The translations under genes were made by a program, and so were the position numbers. From Octopus vulgaris (lineage: Eukaryota), in NCBI GenBank assembly GCA_951406725.2, contig OX597829.1:48608001-48672000 (forward strand): 64,000 bases of DNA. The letters are read 5' to 3'. Below the pieces are notes generated by a model. It did not search any database. It was not told the DNA's origin and was given only the letters and a program-made list of their open reading frames with translations. Positions 28,447-41,311 of the stretch are shown here, piece after piece. Each line of letters starts with the position of its first letter. Positions within the stretch are counted from its first letter, which is position 1.

Positions 28447-28662
28447 CAGTGGTTTTCAACCAGGGTTCCGCGGAACCTTAGGGTTCTGCCATTATAGTCC
28501 AGGGGTTCCACAAGAAATTACAAAACTGCTAAAATCGGCAGTAATTTTTAATTCTCCTGTGCAGACATGTGTGCATAAGACAAAATTATTGCACAGGGGT
28601 TCCTCGAGCCAGTGGAATGTTTCCTTGGGGTTCCGCTCCAGCAAAAAGTTTGAAAAGCACTG
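28447..28662. mobile_element. hAT (Charlie-like) MITE
   Basis: TIR CAGTGGTTTTCAA...TTGAAAAGCACTG and a perfect 8-bp TSD CCCTAGAC at 28439-28446 and 28663-28670. Confidence 0.9.
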
Positions 28663-29216
28663 CCCTAGACCATTACTAGCTCACACTTTTATCTACCGAC
28701 CCTGTAGCCCCTGAGGGTAAATTATTTGCTCTTAACATATTGGGCTTCAGCCATGTTTTCTTTCCTTTTCCTTCTTCCCTTTGTTTATATTGTACACTCT
28801 TGTTTTTCACTCTGATGAAGATGAAGAACTTTACTCTTGCATTTATTGATAGATTGCCTTTTGGCAATCCAATCAGTAATGGCTGTAAGATATGTTATGT
28901 CACCTGTTTTGTTATGTGATGCTTTGTATTAAAAAATAAGTTATAATTGTGGTCCAGTCGGTGTGTTTGTTAATCTGTGGTTTTCTCTATTTTCTAATTG
29001 GCGGCATGTAAAAAGCACCCACTACACTCACGGAGTGGTTGGCGTTAGGAAGGGCATCCAGCTGTAGAAACATTGCCAGATAAGACTGGAGCCTGGTGCA
29101 GCCTCCTGGCTTCCTAGACCCCGGTCGAACCGTCCAACCCATGCTAGCATGGAGAACAGACGTTAAACGATGATGATGATGATGATGATATGTGTGTGTG
29201 TGTGTGTACATATATT

Positions 29217-29304
<88 letters not shown>

Positions 29305-29305
<1 letters not shown>

Positions 29306-30042
29306 TAGCAAATGCCCCCCACTTCCGTCAATTGGATGGTGGATGGTGTAAGTTTGTGATAGAACTGGAGTCTAAAATAGTGTAATTCTGCTTCTGTCTA
29401 TGCTTAAGACTAAGGATTATTTGACGTAGTTGAGGCGTTAAATCAAAAATGAGTGGTATTCAAAAAGGAACATGTTTTACTTGCTGAAATCGGGTATTAA
29501 AATGTGAAAATAAGGAAAATTATCATTCACAATGCCGTACAAAAAGCATACACAACATTTTTATGGACATTAATGTAATCTGTAAGAAATATACTTAATT
29601 GCAATATGAAATTATCTGAGGCATCTGGGAAGCTGTGTATTGAAATGAAAAAATGCTTGACTTTAACAATGGGTATTTGTTTGAAGATTAGCAAAGCCTA
29701 TTGTAAGGAGTAAATAAGTGCAATTAGGGCCAACATGAAGAGGATTTCAACTCAATGGGAAAACTATTGGAGGGCTGCTTTGTAAATTGCATTTTTTGTC
29801 AATTTTTCTGGAGCGTAGTAGAAGAGATTGCCTGAGTTTCCAACTCTGGAACACACCACGTACAGCTATCCGTGTGTAAAGCATGGTGCATTGAGGTCCA
29901 GCCCAACCACTTTTAGTGACTGACCCTGGGCTTTGTTAATGGTCATAGCAAAGCTTAATCGAATGGGGAATTGGACTCTTTTCATCAGAAAGACACAGTC
30001 AACCGGAATAAGTGGAACTCAAGGAATAAAAGCAGACTAAAA
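29305..30042 (-). mobile_element. Helitron 3' remnant (PIF1 helicase C-terminus)
   Basis: Minus strand reads VPLIP...[27 protein letters not shown]...CFTHG*LYVVCSRV and ends in CTAG followed by T at 29308-29304. Not in the ORF track because of stops. Confidence 0.85.
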
Positions 30043-30221
30043 AGGTAGATAGTTTGACAGGTAGATGGCTGAACAGGTGGATAGATAGGTAGGTCAGTAG
30101 ATACATTAATAGGTAGGTAGATTGGTTGTAGGTAGGCAGGTAATTTGGTAGGTAAGTTGGTGGGTAGATGGTTTGGTAGGTAGGTTAATAATTAGGTTGG
30201 TAGTTAGTTAGTTAGGTATGT

Positions 30222-30451
30222 AGGCAAGCTGGCAGAAACGTTAGCACGCCAGGCGAAATACTTAGCGGTATTTCGTCTGCTGTTACGTTCTGAGTTCAAA
30301 TTCCGCCAAGGTCGACTTTGCCTTTCATCCTTTTGGGGTCGATAAATTAAGTACCAGTTACGCACTGGGGTCTATGTAATCGACTTAATCCGTATGTCTG
30401 TCCTTGTTTGTCCCCTCTACATTTAGTCCCTTGTGGGCAATAAAGAAATAA
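30222..30451 (+). mobile_element. SINE family A (representative copy)
   Basis: GCTGGCAGAAACGTTAGC...GAGTTCAAATTCC (B-box)...GCCTTTCATCCTTT.GGGGTCGATAAATTAAGTACCAG. About 15 copies, e.g. 940-1380(-), 3195-3615(-), 9760-10185, 18888-19120, 22482-22870, 45692-46545, 47170-47404, 56820-57055(-). Confidence 0.85.
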
Positions 30452-31759
30452 GGTAGGTAGGTCGGTAGGTAGGTAGGTAGGTAAGTAGGTAGGTCGGTAG
30501 GTAGGTAGGTAGGTAGGTAGGTAGGTAGGTAGGGAGGTAGATAGATAGGTGGTATGTAGATAATTTGGTTGGTAAGCAGGTGGTGAGTATGTAGGTAGGT
30601 AGATAGTTTTTATATTACATATTCACAAATTCACAAATAAACAATAAAATAAACAACCCAACAGGGACAATAACGATAATGACAAGAATCACTAACTAGA
30701 ATAATTGGAATTAAAATTCTAACTCTTAAAATACTTTTGAGCAGTAAAATAATGAAAAAAAAAATCAAAGAAAAAAGATGTTTCGGTAAGTGTGGTGAGT
30801 GGGTTTGGGGTGAGGTGTGAAATTTATTCTTTTGTATGATAATGGCAATGCTAGGTGTTAACTGTTCTTGTTTTATTGGTTTGAGTAAAGGATTTATCTG
30901 AAAACCTGTGAGGATAAGAATCAAAGTTGGCAGAACTCAAGAATAATGACATAGTTACTGCATAGTAAAAAAAAAAAAACACAAAAAAACACAAACAAAA
31001 ATAAAACCCTAATGTTATTCAGATAAATTCCAGGTGAAATAAATAAATAAAATGTTATAAAAAAAAAAGTAAATGTATAAAAAAAAAGGACATATAATGA
31101 TTAATCTTCCCAGAAGGAATTGCATATCTAAGATAATTAGGAATGTTAATCAAGAATTTGTCTTCACAAAAAAAGAAAGAGAAATGTTTTTTTATTATTT
31201 TTTTTTTTTGGTTTTTGATTATATGTTATGCTGTTTAGGTCGATGACTGCGATGATTATAACGATGATGAGGATGATGAGGATGGTGGTGGTTAGGGTTA
31301 GGGTTAGTGTTGTTGGTGATGATGATGATGATGATGATTATGATGAGATGATGGTGGTGGAGGCAGTAACAGCAGCTGATGGTGGTGGCAGCGGGGACAA
31401 CGATGATGATGATGATGGAGGTGGTGGTGCATTGGTAGTGCTGCTCCTGCTGATGATAATGATGATGATGATGATGATGATGATGGCCATAACTATGGTG
31501 TGAAGTGAAGGGAAAATAAAAAAAAATGTCCATAAAAGAAAAAAATTGGAATCGGAGCATATTTATTCTTTTACAACCAAATATCGCAAACAATTTCTTT
31601 TGTCTCTATGAAGAGAAAAATGGAATAAATTCTCTGCTTTTATTGGCATTTTTTGACTCAAGAATTCAAGAATGACATGGCTATGTGGCTCAGAAGTTTG
31701 TTTTACAGTCATGGCGTCCTGGTTTCAATCCTGCCATATGTTATTTTTGTTGGCTACCA

Positions 31760-32056
31760 AGACGCTCATCACTGAACACCCTGGCAACAAACTCTGCACA
31801 AATTTTGCACATGTTCAAATCTCCATGAATAATTCCGTGTACAGTTGCCACACCAACTCCAAAACTGTGGACTTGTCTTTATAGACACACAACAGTCTTC
31901 TTCCAGAAAATTGGGAATTTTCTCAACCAACTCTGATGTTCGGATGTCCATACTTCCTTCCATACTCTCATCATCCTTGAACCCGAACATTTCAGAAGTT
32001 TCTGCTGCATTTTTGCCCAGCTTAACTCAAAAGTTCATTTCATGCTGAACTTCCAA
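31760..32056 (-). mobile_element. Mariner transposase relic (N-terminal HTH)
   Basis: VKLGKNAAETSEM...DDE...LVEKI...EEDCCVSI, degenerate. Confidence 0.6.
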
Positions 32057-32081
32057 ACTAGTCAGCTATGACAAGCAGTTT

Positions 32082-32311
32082 TTAACCCTTTCATTATCAA
32101 CTCGGCTGAAACCGGCTCTGGCTTTGAGTACAAATGTCTTGCTTTCAAAATTTCTGAATTGAAATCTTCCCCCAAACCTTAGTCACAATTAATGTTCCTA
32201 AAACTAGCTTAATGATAACTAAGTTATTTTTCTAAATTCTTTGTTATATTTAAAGTAATTGAAAAAAAAAACACAGAACATTAAAAAAAAATACAGTAAT
32301 GAAAGGGTTAA
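32082..32311. mobile_element. Solo piggyBac-type MITE (inverted relative to the arrays)
   Basis: TTAA-CCCTTTCATTA...TAATGAAAGGG-TTAA, no spacer. Confidence 0.85.
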
Positions 32312-32383
32312 TAGAGTGTGTTCAAAGTGCTGTTATGGCTGTCTCCTTCAATCTGGAATAACAAAAGTTGGCAGGTTAGCTTA

Positions 32384-34294
32384 TCTATATGTATAAAGCA
32401 GAGTTTGTATGTGTGTGTGTGTGTGTATGTGTGTGTGTGCACACGTGCGTATGCACTCATGTATATTCCTTATGCATTCTTAAACTTAGTTGCCAATTTT
32501 GACATATAGGGTATCAAAAGATTCAGTAATCTTTCAGCTACCAAATAAACTTTATTTTCATTTACATATTTGCTTTACAAAAACTTAACATTATAATCTT
32601 CTATAATTATTGTGAACAATATTTTATATCATGACGACAATGTTGCATTTTCTATATGAGTGTGTATTTGCCTGTTCATTATGTACTTTAGGCCGATGAC
32701 AAAGAACACAGAGAGAGAGAAAGAGAGACAGAGATATACCTGAGGTGTGCGTGAATGTATGTCTCTCTGTGTTTGTCTTAGCATATGTGAGTGTATGTCA
32801 GACTGTATGTGTGTGCGAGTGTATGTGTGATAATTTTTATACGTTAGGGCTCAGACAATTAAGCACACACACATCTACAGATACATATGTGTTTCAGTGT
32901 GTATGTGTGATAATGTTTATACGTTAGGGCTCAGGCAATTAAGCACACACACATCTACACATACATATGTGTAGATGTGTGTATGTGTCTGTGAGTGTGT
33001 GTGTGTGTGTTTCCATGTTCATTACATCTATAGTAAACTATAGTAAAGGACATTTTACACCATTTTAATGAGCCCACATTTAATGAAGTATCCATCCTTA
33101 TAGTAGGTGATCCCCATATAAATTGTGATATTCTCATTCGTGCTCAAGATAACAACCTTAAATATGTTTCAGAGATTCATCCCTCTTATGATTCTCTCCA
33201 GTATCCTCTCTTATTCTGTGGAATGGACAAGATGGGTATCATTTCAATATTCCACAGATTGAACCTGCAACAGGAGAGCCAATTATAATCAAAAAGGTGT
33301 CATCAAATGACTTCTATTCTTACAAACTGATGTTAAGACCAGAACAATCAAATCAATTACACGTGTATCATGATCTATTTCAGCAATACCTGGTTGATAT
33401 GTATGCTAAAGATGAGAGTGAGCATCTCCCTTACATTTGTAAAAATTAAATAGAATTAAGGGTCAACAATTATGCAGATAGCGGTGTCATGTAAATGGCA
33501 TGTAAAAGCACCCGTTACATGCTTGGAGTGGTTGGCATTAGGTTAGGAAGGGCATCCAGCTGTAGAAAACCATGCCAGATCAGACTGCAGTCTGGTGCAG
33601 ACTTCTAGCTTGCAAGCCCCTGTCAAACTGTCCAACCCATGCCACCATGGACAACGGATGTTAAATGATGATAATGATGATGATAATGACTTAAACCCAC
33701 TGGGATGCCACCGCATAACTTGACACTAAAACTGGATGCTCCCATTATGTTGCTTAGGAATCTCGACCCACCTTGCCTGTGTTATGGACCTCCCTTAATT
33801 GTTACTTCCATGAAACCCTATGTCTTACAGGCAACAATAATGACAGGTAGTCACAAAGGAGAAATTGCCTTTATTCCCAAAATTCCTCTCATGCCTACAG
33901 ATGTTCCATTTGAAATGAAGACACTTCAGTTTCCAGTCAAATGAAGTTTTGTAGTTTCAATCAACAAATCTCAGGCTCACTCCCTGAAGGTAGTTGGACT
34001 TGATCTCTCTACTACATGCTTCTCTCATGGCCAACACTATGTTGCTTGCTTGAAGCAACAACAATTTATTCATTTTGAAACCAACAAAAAATTACACAAT
34101 GAATGTTGTTTACCCTGAGGTGCTTCAAGATTGACAGATTTTCAGTTCAAAGTTCTATTATCATTACAATTTAGATATTCTCTAATAAAATATAGATATT
34201 GTGAAATAATTATGGAAGTATATCTTTATATTTATTGTTTACTAACCTGAATGAGAACAGTAGTGACCTGGGCAGTGTCGGGCCATTCAGCTAG
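32384..34294 (+). mobile_element. Internally deleted Helitron with both termini
   Basis: A|TC start at 32384 and GC-rich subterminal segment plus CTAG|T at 34291-34295. Rep/Hel remnants: YDSLQYPLLF...LFQQYLVDMYAK (about 33170-33470) and PPHNLTLK...IMLLRNL...LQFPV...INKSQ...FSHGQ (33700-34130). Confidence 0.85.
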
Positions 34295-35997
34295 TTAGAT
34301 ATATATATATATAGTAATGATATACTAATATTACAATAATATAGGTAAGTTATAACTGCCTCTTCTGAAATAGTCTGTAAACTTCTGGAAAGCATCTCGT
34401 AAATCAAAACCTTCCATCAAAGTTCCTATTCCATGTTCATTTATGTTAGGAACACCAGTTTGATAATGACAAAATTATTGTACTAAATGCTCCATTATTT
34501 TCAAAGGTGATTGAAACAAATGCAGTGTGTTTCAATGGAAATATGGTAACCAAAGGGTTAAAGTGATCTTAATTAAAACCTTTTATCAAAATTCTATCTT
34601 AGCACAGGAGTGGGTGTGTGGTAAGTAGCTTGCTTACCAACCACATGGTTCCAAGTTCAGTCCCACTGCATGGCACCTTGGGCAAGTGTCTTCTACTATA
34701 GCCTTCGGCTGACCAAAGCCTTTGGCCGACCAAAGCCTTGTGAGTGGATTTGGTAGACAGAAACTGAAAGAAGCCCATCTTATGTATGTATGTGTGTGTG
34801 TATATATGTTTGTGTGTCTGTGTTTGTCCCTCCAACATTGCTTGACAACCGATGCTGGTGTGTTTATGTCCCCGTAACTTAGCGGTTCGGCAAGAGAGAC
34901 CAATAGAATAAGTACTAGGCTTACAAAGAATAAGTCCCGGGGTCGATTTCCTTGACTAAAGGCGGTACTCCAGCATGGCCACAGTCAAATGACTGAAACA
35001 AATAAAAGAGTAAAAGGGTAAAAGAGTAATTTATTTTTCTAACACCAACTTAATAATAAAATTATTTTTCTAAATTCTTCATTATTTAAAAAATCAATTG
35101 AAGCAAAGTCAGTGTATTTGAACAGGAATATGGTCACAAAAGGGTTAAAGCGATTTAAATTAAAATTTTCCTTCAAAATTCCATCTTGATTTATTTTTCT
35201 AACACCAACTTAATAATGAGGTTATTTTTCTAAATTCTTCATTATTTTCAACATTAATTGAAACAAAGTCAATACATTTTAAAAGAAATATGGTAACAAA
35301 TGGAGTTAACCCTTTTTTTTTTTTACCATATTTCTCAAATAATTTAGACTCTGGAATTAGTTTGAATTAATTTGAGTTTAGTTCTACTCTTTTACTTATT
35401 TCAGTCATTTGACTGTAGCCATGCTGGAGCACTGCCTTTAGTCAAGCAAATTGACCCCAGGACTTATTCTTTGTAAGCCATGTACTTATTCTAGCGGTCT
35501 CTTTTGCTGAACCGCTAAGTGACGGGGACACACCAGCATCAGTTGTCAAGCGATGTTGGGGGGGACAAACACAGACACACAAACACACATACACACATAT
35601 ACATATATATGATGGGCTTCTTTCAGTTTCTGTCTACCAAATCCACTGACAAGGCTTTGGTCGGCCCGAGGCTATAGTAGAAGACACTTGCCTAATGTGC
35701 CATGCAGTGGGACTGAACCCGGAACCATGTGATTGGTAAGCAAGCAACTTACCATTTAGCCACTCCTGCGATCTATAGTTTATATTAATTTAAACATCAG
35801 AAATTTATATGTAAGCCTTCTCCAGACTACATTATCTAACTAGGGGTAAGAGACAGTATTTACACATTCATTCAACTTGGTAGAAAAAACAGCCAAATTA
35901 CTTCATCAAACACACATAATGATCTTAAAAACAAAAACAAAATCGTTATTTTTAATAACTTCAATATAGTCACCTCTCCATTGGCTCATATATGCAT

Positions 35998-36388
35998 ATG
36001 GAATGGAAGCACTCCATCGGTTACGATGACGAGGGTTCCGGTTGATCCGAATCAACGGAACAGCCTGCTCGTGAAATTAACCTGTAAGTGGCTGAGCACT
36101 CCACAGACACGTGTACCCCTAACGTAGTTCTCGGGGATATTCAGCGTGACACAGAGAGTGACAAGGCCGGCCCCTTGAAATACAGGTACAACAGAAACAG
36201 GAAGTAAGAGTGAGAGAAAGTTGTGGTGAAAGAGTACAGGAGGGATCACCACCATCCCCTGCCGGAGCCTCGTGGAGCTTTAGGTGTTTTTGCTCAATAA
36301 ACACTCACAACGCCCGGTCTGGGAATCGAAACTGCGATCCTATGACCGCGGAGCCGCTGCCCTAACCACTGGGCCATTGCACCTCCAC
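35998..36388 (-). mobile_element. tRNA-derived SINE family C variant
   Basis: Minus-strand A-box TGGCCCAGTGG and B-box GTTTCGATTC; related heads at about 19495, 24845(-) and 56020. Confidence 0.8.
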
Positions 36389-36489
36389 ATATACAGATGA
36401 TATGAAGGTATGATATGAGGGAGATTTGGTTGCTAATTCTATCAGATCTAGCTACCATGAAGAGACTCTGCATTGGTTGAAGATGTGAT

Positions 36490-37252
36490 TTGATGGAGAT
36501 TTTGCTGCTATTTCTGGCAGGTTTAGCCACTATAGAAAAACACCCGATAGTTCATACTTCAAACAGAAGAGTGTGTTATTCGATTCCACTGCTATTTCTC
36601 GCAGGTTTGGACTCTATGGAGAGACTCCCAATGGCTCACACTTAAAACATACTTAAAACGTTTGAGTGTTATTTGAGGGAGATCTGCCTGCTATTTCTGG
36701 CAGGTTTAGCCACTATAGAAAAAAACACCCAATAGTTCATACTTCAAACAGAAGAGTGTGTTATTCGATTCCACTGCTATTTCTAGCAGGTTTGGACACT
36801 ATGGAGAGACTCCCAATGGCTCACACTTAAAACATACTTAAAACATTTGAGTGTTATTTGAGGGAGATTTGCCTGCTATTTCTGGCAGGTTTAGCCACTA
36901 TAGAAAAAAACACCCAATAGTTCATACTTCAAACAGAAGAGCGTGTTATTTGATTCCACTGCTATTTCTAGCAGGTTTGCACACTACGGAGAGACTCCCA
37001 ATGGCTCACACTTAAAACATACTTCAAAACATTTGAGTGTTATTTGAGGGAGATTTGCCTGCTATTTCTGGCAGGTTTAGCCACTATAGAAAAAAACACC
37101 CAATAGTTCATACTTCAAACAGAAGAGTGTGTTATTCGATTCCACTGCTATTTCTAGCAGGTTTGGACACTATGGAGAGACTCCCAATGGCTCACACTTA
37201 AAACATACTTAAAACGTTCGAGTGTTATTTGAGGGAGATTTGCCTGCTATTT
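36490..37252. repeat. ~185-bp tandem repeat (4 units, each a dimer of related subunits)
   Basis: GCTATTTC recurs at 36507, 36690, 36875, 37061 and 37246, with a second GCTATTTCTAGCAGGTTT inside each unit. Confidence 0.9.
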
Positions 37253-37540
37253 CAACAACCACATGGAGACTTATACACTTTATTTGTTGCTGTAGGCAAT
37301 GTCATTGAAGGAATTGAAGTAGCTGGAGATGATGGATGACCGTGGTGCTTAAGATTATAGATGGTGGTGGTTAATGTTGGTGGTGGTGGTGGTGGTAATG
37401 ATTCTGATGATATAGGAGATGAGGATGGGGCAGTGGTGTAGATAATATAATAGCAGTGGTAGGGGTTAATGCCCTTGATTATTGCTGTTGTGGTGGTGTT
37501 GATTGTTGCAATAATGTTACTTTCCAATTTAGGCACAAGG

Positions 37541-37578
<38 letters not shown>

Positions 37579-37756
37579 TATTATTATTATTATTATTATC
37601 TTTTTTTTTTTCCTTCTTTCTTCAAATTTTCTTCCATTTCTTGCCGAGTGTTTTCCATACACCTAGGGCAGAGAAGCTTATTGTATGCATTCCCTGATTA
37701 CACACACAAATTTACAGGTAAAATATGTATTAAAAAAATTAATAAATTCATGAATG

Positions 37757-37818
<62 letters not shown>

Positions 37819-38278
37819 GAGTGAGAGAGCAGTGCATGCCATCAAAGTGACACTGGTGTAAAATATACGAAGCCGAGTATACCCATCATGACAACCCGTC
37901 TGATAAGGGTACAGTAAGCATATGCATCACAACCATATGTGCGCGACATGGTGATCTCATATCAAGATAAACAATGCATGATCTTGCAGGTGGGGCCCAG
38001 TTAGAATTTTCTTCTGGTTGAGTAACCCCTCCTGCTCAAAAAGTCCCTCAATAAGGTTTGTTTAAGGATGATGAACGAAACACCCATGCTTCCAAGGGTG
38101 AATTATCCAAATCCCAAAGAATCCCTCTCAATACATGGCTATGATGTTCCCCCAAAACTTCTGCTTTCAAGGTTTTTATGCACTAGGGTCGATGTAATCA
38201 ACTTAATCCCTTTGTCTGTCTTTATCTACTCTGTGTTTAGTCTCCTGTGGGCAATAAAGAAATACATTATTATTATTA

Positions 38279-38310
<32 letters not shown>

Positions 38311-38311
38311 T

Positions 38312-39270
38312 TATGTTTGACTATTGCTTTGCATTTGAATAAGTTGTCTCCAAGTCTCACGCAGAGACCTCAAGAGACAACAAGTTAGAAGTTCATGTTG
38401 GTGTTATGCGTAGGGTGCCATATATTTGGTTTTGTACATAGTGTTGTTCTAGAGAGTGTTAAGAAACCATAAGAAAATTATGTTTGTTTTAAAACTTGAG
38501 ATTACATAGTATTTTACGTAGGATATGGGCAGTTCCCATGAGCACTATCTTTTGAATTTCTGCCATTTGGGGGTTTCTTGGTATCTGAGCTAGGTAGCAA
38601 TCAGCCCCTTTTGTTATCATTCCCAGGTATGACAACAGGTATTGTTTTAGTCTTCAGGTTTCACATTTTACTATTTTCTATTTCAAGATCTTTATATTTG
38701 CTCAGTTTTTGGTAGGTCTTGACAGATATGTTTATATCGATTGGGACAGTCATATCAATGAGGAGGCATGTTTTTTGTCTGAAGTCTTTCAATATGATGT
38801 CTGGCCTATTTGCATCTATCTTTCTATCAGTTTTAATGGTGAATTTCCAGAGGAGTGAGATGTGGTCATTTTCAAGCACTGGAGGTGGTTTGTGTTCCTA
38901 CCAGTTTTTATCATGGGGCAAGTCCAGGTTTTTGCAAATTACACAGTGAATATATTGTGCAGCTCTATGATGCCTGTTGAGATACTCTGTAGGCGCAAGT
39001 AGACTGCATTTGGAGACAACATGATCAATGGTTTCATTTTGTTGTTGACATACACAACATGTTGGGAAGCTGCCATTCTTTAATATGTTGGCCTGGTAGC
39101 TCCTTGTTGGTAGGCATTGATCTTGGCCTGCTATGATAAACCCTTCTGTTTCTGATTTTAAGCCAGAAGCCATTAGCCATTGATGGGTAAGGGCTTTGTC
39201 AACATCGGCATTATTCGCTCTCTTTGGGTATTTGCCATAGAGAGGTTTTTCTTGCCATTTATCAGTCAGA
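38312..39270 (-). mobile_element. R4/Dong-clade non-LTR retrotransposon, 3' part (zinc knuckle and restriction-like endonuclease)
   Basis: ETEGFIIAGQDQ...CxxC...ETIDHVVSKC...RH...ANRPDII...LIDMTVP...KLSKYKDL with in-frame stops; (TAA)n tail at about 38266-38310. Confidence 0.85.
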
Positions 39271-39560
39271 ATATCATCATTATCATCATCATCATCATTA
39301 TCATCATCAAGGTCACAACTTGGTGGAATCGTTAGCATGGCAGATGAAATGCTTAGTGGTATTTCATCCATCTCTATGTTCTGAGTTCAAGTTCTGCCAA
39401 GACCAATTTTGCCTTTCATCCTTTTGGGGTCGATAATAGATATATTGGTTGCATACTGGCGTTGATGTAATCGACTTAGCCTCCTCTCCCCTAAAATTGC
39501 TGGCATTGTGCCAAAACTTTATTATTGTTGTTGTTGTTGTTGTTGTTATTATTATTATTA

Positions 39561-39592
<32 letters not shown>

Positions 39593-40224
39593 TTTATCTT
39601 TTTGGAGGGAAGGCATAGTTATTTAAATCAACCCAAGTACTTTACTCTAGAATGAAATAATGAAAGAAGAAAAAGCATAATGTCCTTGAAATGATGAAAA
39701 GCATGGTGACACTGGTGGGTTTTGAACTCAGAACGAAAGAGCCGTAACTTAATATTACAAGATTATTATTATTAGTATTTTTTTTCCCCTTTGTCTTGCA
39801 ATGATTTTGCTAATCCACTATCATTGTTAATCATAGTGTTGATTATAATGGTGATGATAACGAGGGAAAAATTTTCTAATCTGCCATTCTTGGCCTGGGA
39901 GAGAAAAACTGAAATGACAATAGGTTTTTATCTGTCTGGGAGTGATGAATGGTGAATAATGATGTTTGAGAATGGTGCTGATGAAGCTGATGATGACGAC
40001 GATGACGATAGCAATGTTAAAACGCAATAACAAAGATGATGATGATAATGATGATGATGATGATGATGATAGTGATGATAATGATGATAGTGATGCCAAT
40101 TTTAAAACGCAATAGCAATGATGATAATGATGATGATGATGATGTTGATGATGATGATGATATTGATGATGATGATGATGATATTTTTTATACAGTTCTT
40201 TCTGCTTCATTCTAATCTATTTAG

Positions 40225-40398
40225 GTCATAGCTGTAGATGCTCGGAACCATGGCAGCAGCTTCCACAAGGCCAGCATGACATATGAAGAAATGAGCGATG
40301 ATTTAGTACAATTGATGTCCTCTTTGAAAATTCCAGAAGCAATTATCATTGGCCACAGCATGGGTGGAAAGACTGCGATGGTCGCGGCTCTACAACAT
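40225..40398 (+). CDS. ABHD11: Internal coding exon of an ABHD11-like alpha/beta hydrolase
   Basis: tttag acceptor and GTAAGT donor flank 174 nt, phase 0/0: VIAVDARNHGSSFHKASMTYEEMSDDLVQLMSSLKIPEAIIIGHSMGGKTAMVAALQH. It contains DARNHG and the GHSMGG nucleophile elbow typical of ABHD11/YbfF esterases. Confidence 0.9.
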
Positions 40399-40492
40399 GT
40401 AAGTCTCTTATATAATAATAATCATAATAATAACGATAGTTTCATCCATCATTCTTTCATATATATAAATACATATACATATAAATACATAC

Positions 40493-40872
40493 GCAGGAGT
40501 GGCTGTGTGGTAAGTAGCTTGCTAACCAACCACATGGTTCCGGGTTCAGTCCCTCTGCATGGCATCTTGGGCATGTGTCTTCTGCTATAGCCCCGGGCCG
40601 ACCAATGCCTTGTGAGTGGATTTGGTAGACAGAAACTGAAAGAAGCCTGTTGTATATATGTATATATATATATGTGTGTGTTTGTGTGTTTGTCCCCCTA
40701 GCATTGCTTGACAACCGATGCTGGTGTGTTTACGTCCCCGTCACTTAGCAGTTCGGCAAAAGAGACTGATAGAATAAGTACTGGGCTTACAAAGAATAAG
40801 TCCCGGGGTCGATTTGCTCGACTAAAGGCGGTGCTCCAGCATGGCCGCAGTCAAATGACTGAAACAAGTAAA
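40493..40872 (+). mobile_element. SINE family B, full length
   Basis: Same consensus as 5490-5898. Other copies at about 34602-35005, 35385-35770(-), 42760-43385(-), 49740-50110, 54535-55140 and 60245-60746(-). Confidence 0.85.
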
Positions 40873-41048
40873 GGAAAGGAAGGATAATGATAGTTTCATC
40901 CATCATTCTTTCATTTATATAAATACATACACATATGTATGTATATATATATGTATGTACACATGCTATATATACATATAAACACTATGTATGCATATAT
41001 ATATATATATACTATATACACATCCTATATATGCTATATATATATATA

Positions 41049-41268
41049 TACAAAGGGGTGTTGGAGAGTTCCAGGCTTTAAAGATGTTGTGAAAGGACTG
41101 GCTGGAGGCTCAACCCTTCAAGTTCTTTTACAGGGCTTAGAAAAACTGAAGGACCACTGCAAAAAGTGTAAATCTGAGAGGGGAAATATGTTGAATAAAA
41201 CCATAATTAACTGATCCTTCTGTATTTTCTTTTATCCAAAGACAAGAACTTTGCAGCACACACTAGTA
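41049..41268 (+). mobile_element. Short mariner-derived non-autonomous element
   Basis: Degenerate TIRs plus the transposase tail GLEKLKDHCKKC...GNM. Confidence 0.6.
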
Positions 41269-41277
41269 TCTATATAC

Positions 41278-41308
<31 letters not shown>

Positions 41309-41311
41309 ATA

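Noticed and set aside
31291-31307. Interstitial telomeric TTAGGG
   Set aside because: Fewer than three units within a low-complexity tract.
36320-36388. tRNA gene
   Set aside because: The A/B boxes belong to a SINE head that continues into a SINE body; no complete cloverleaf or terminator.
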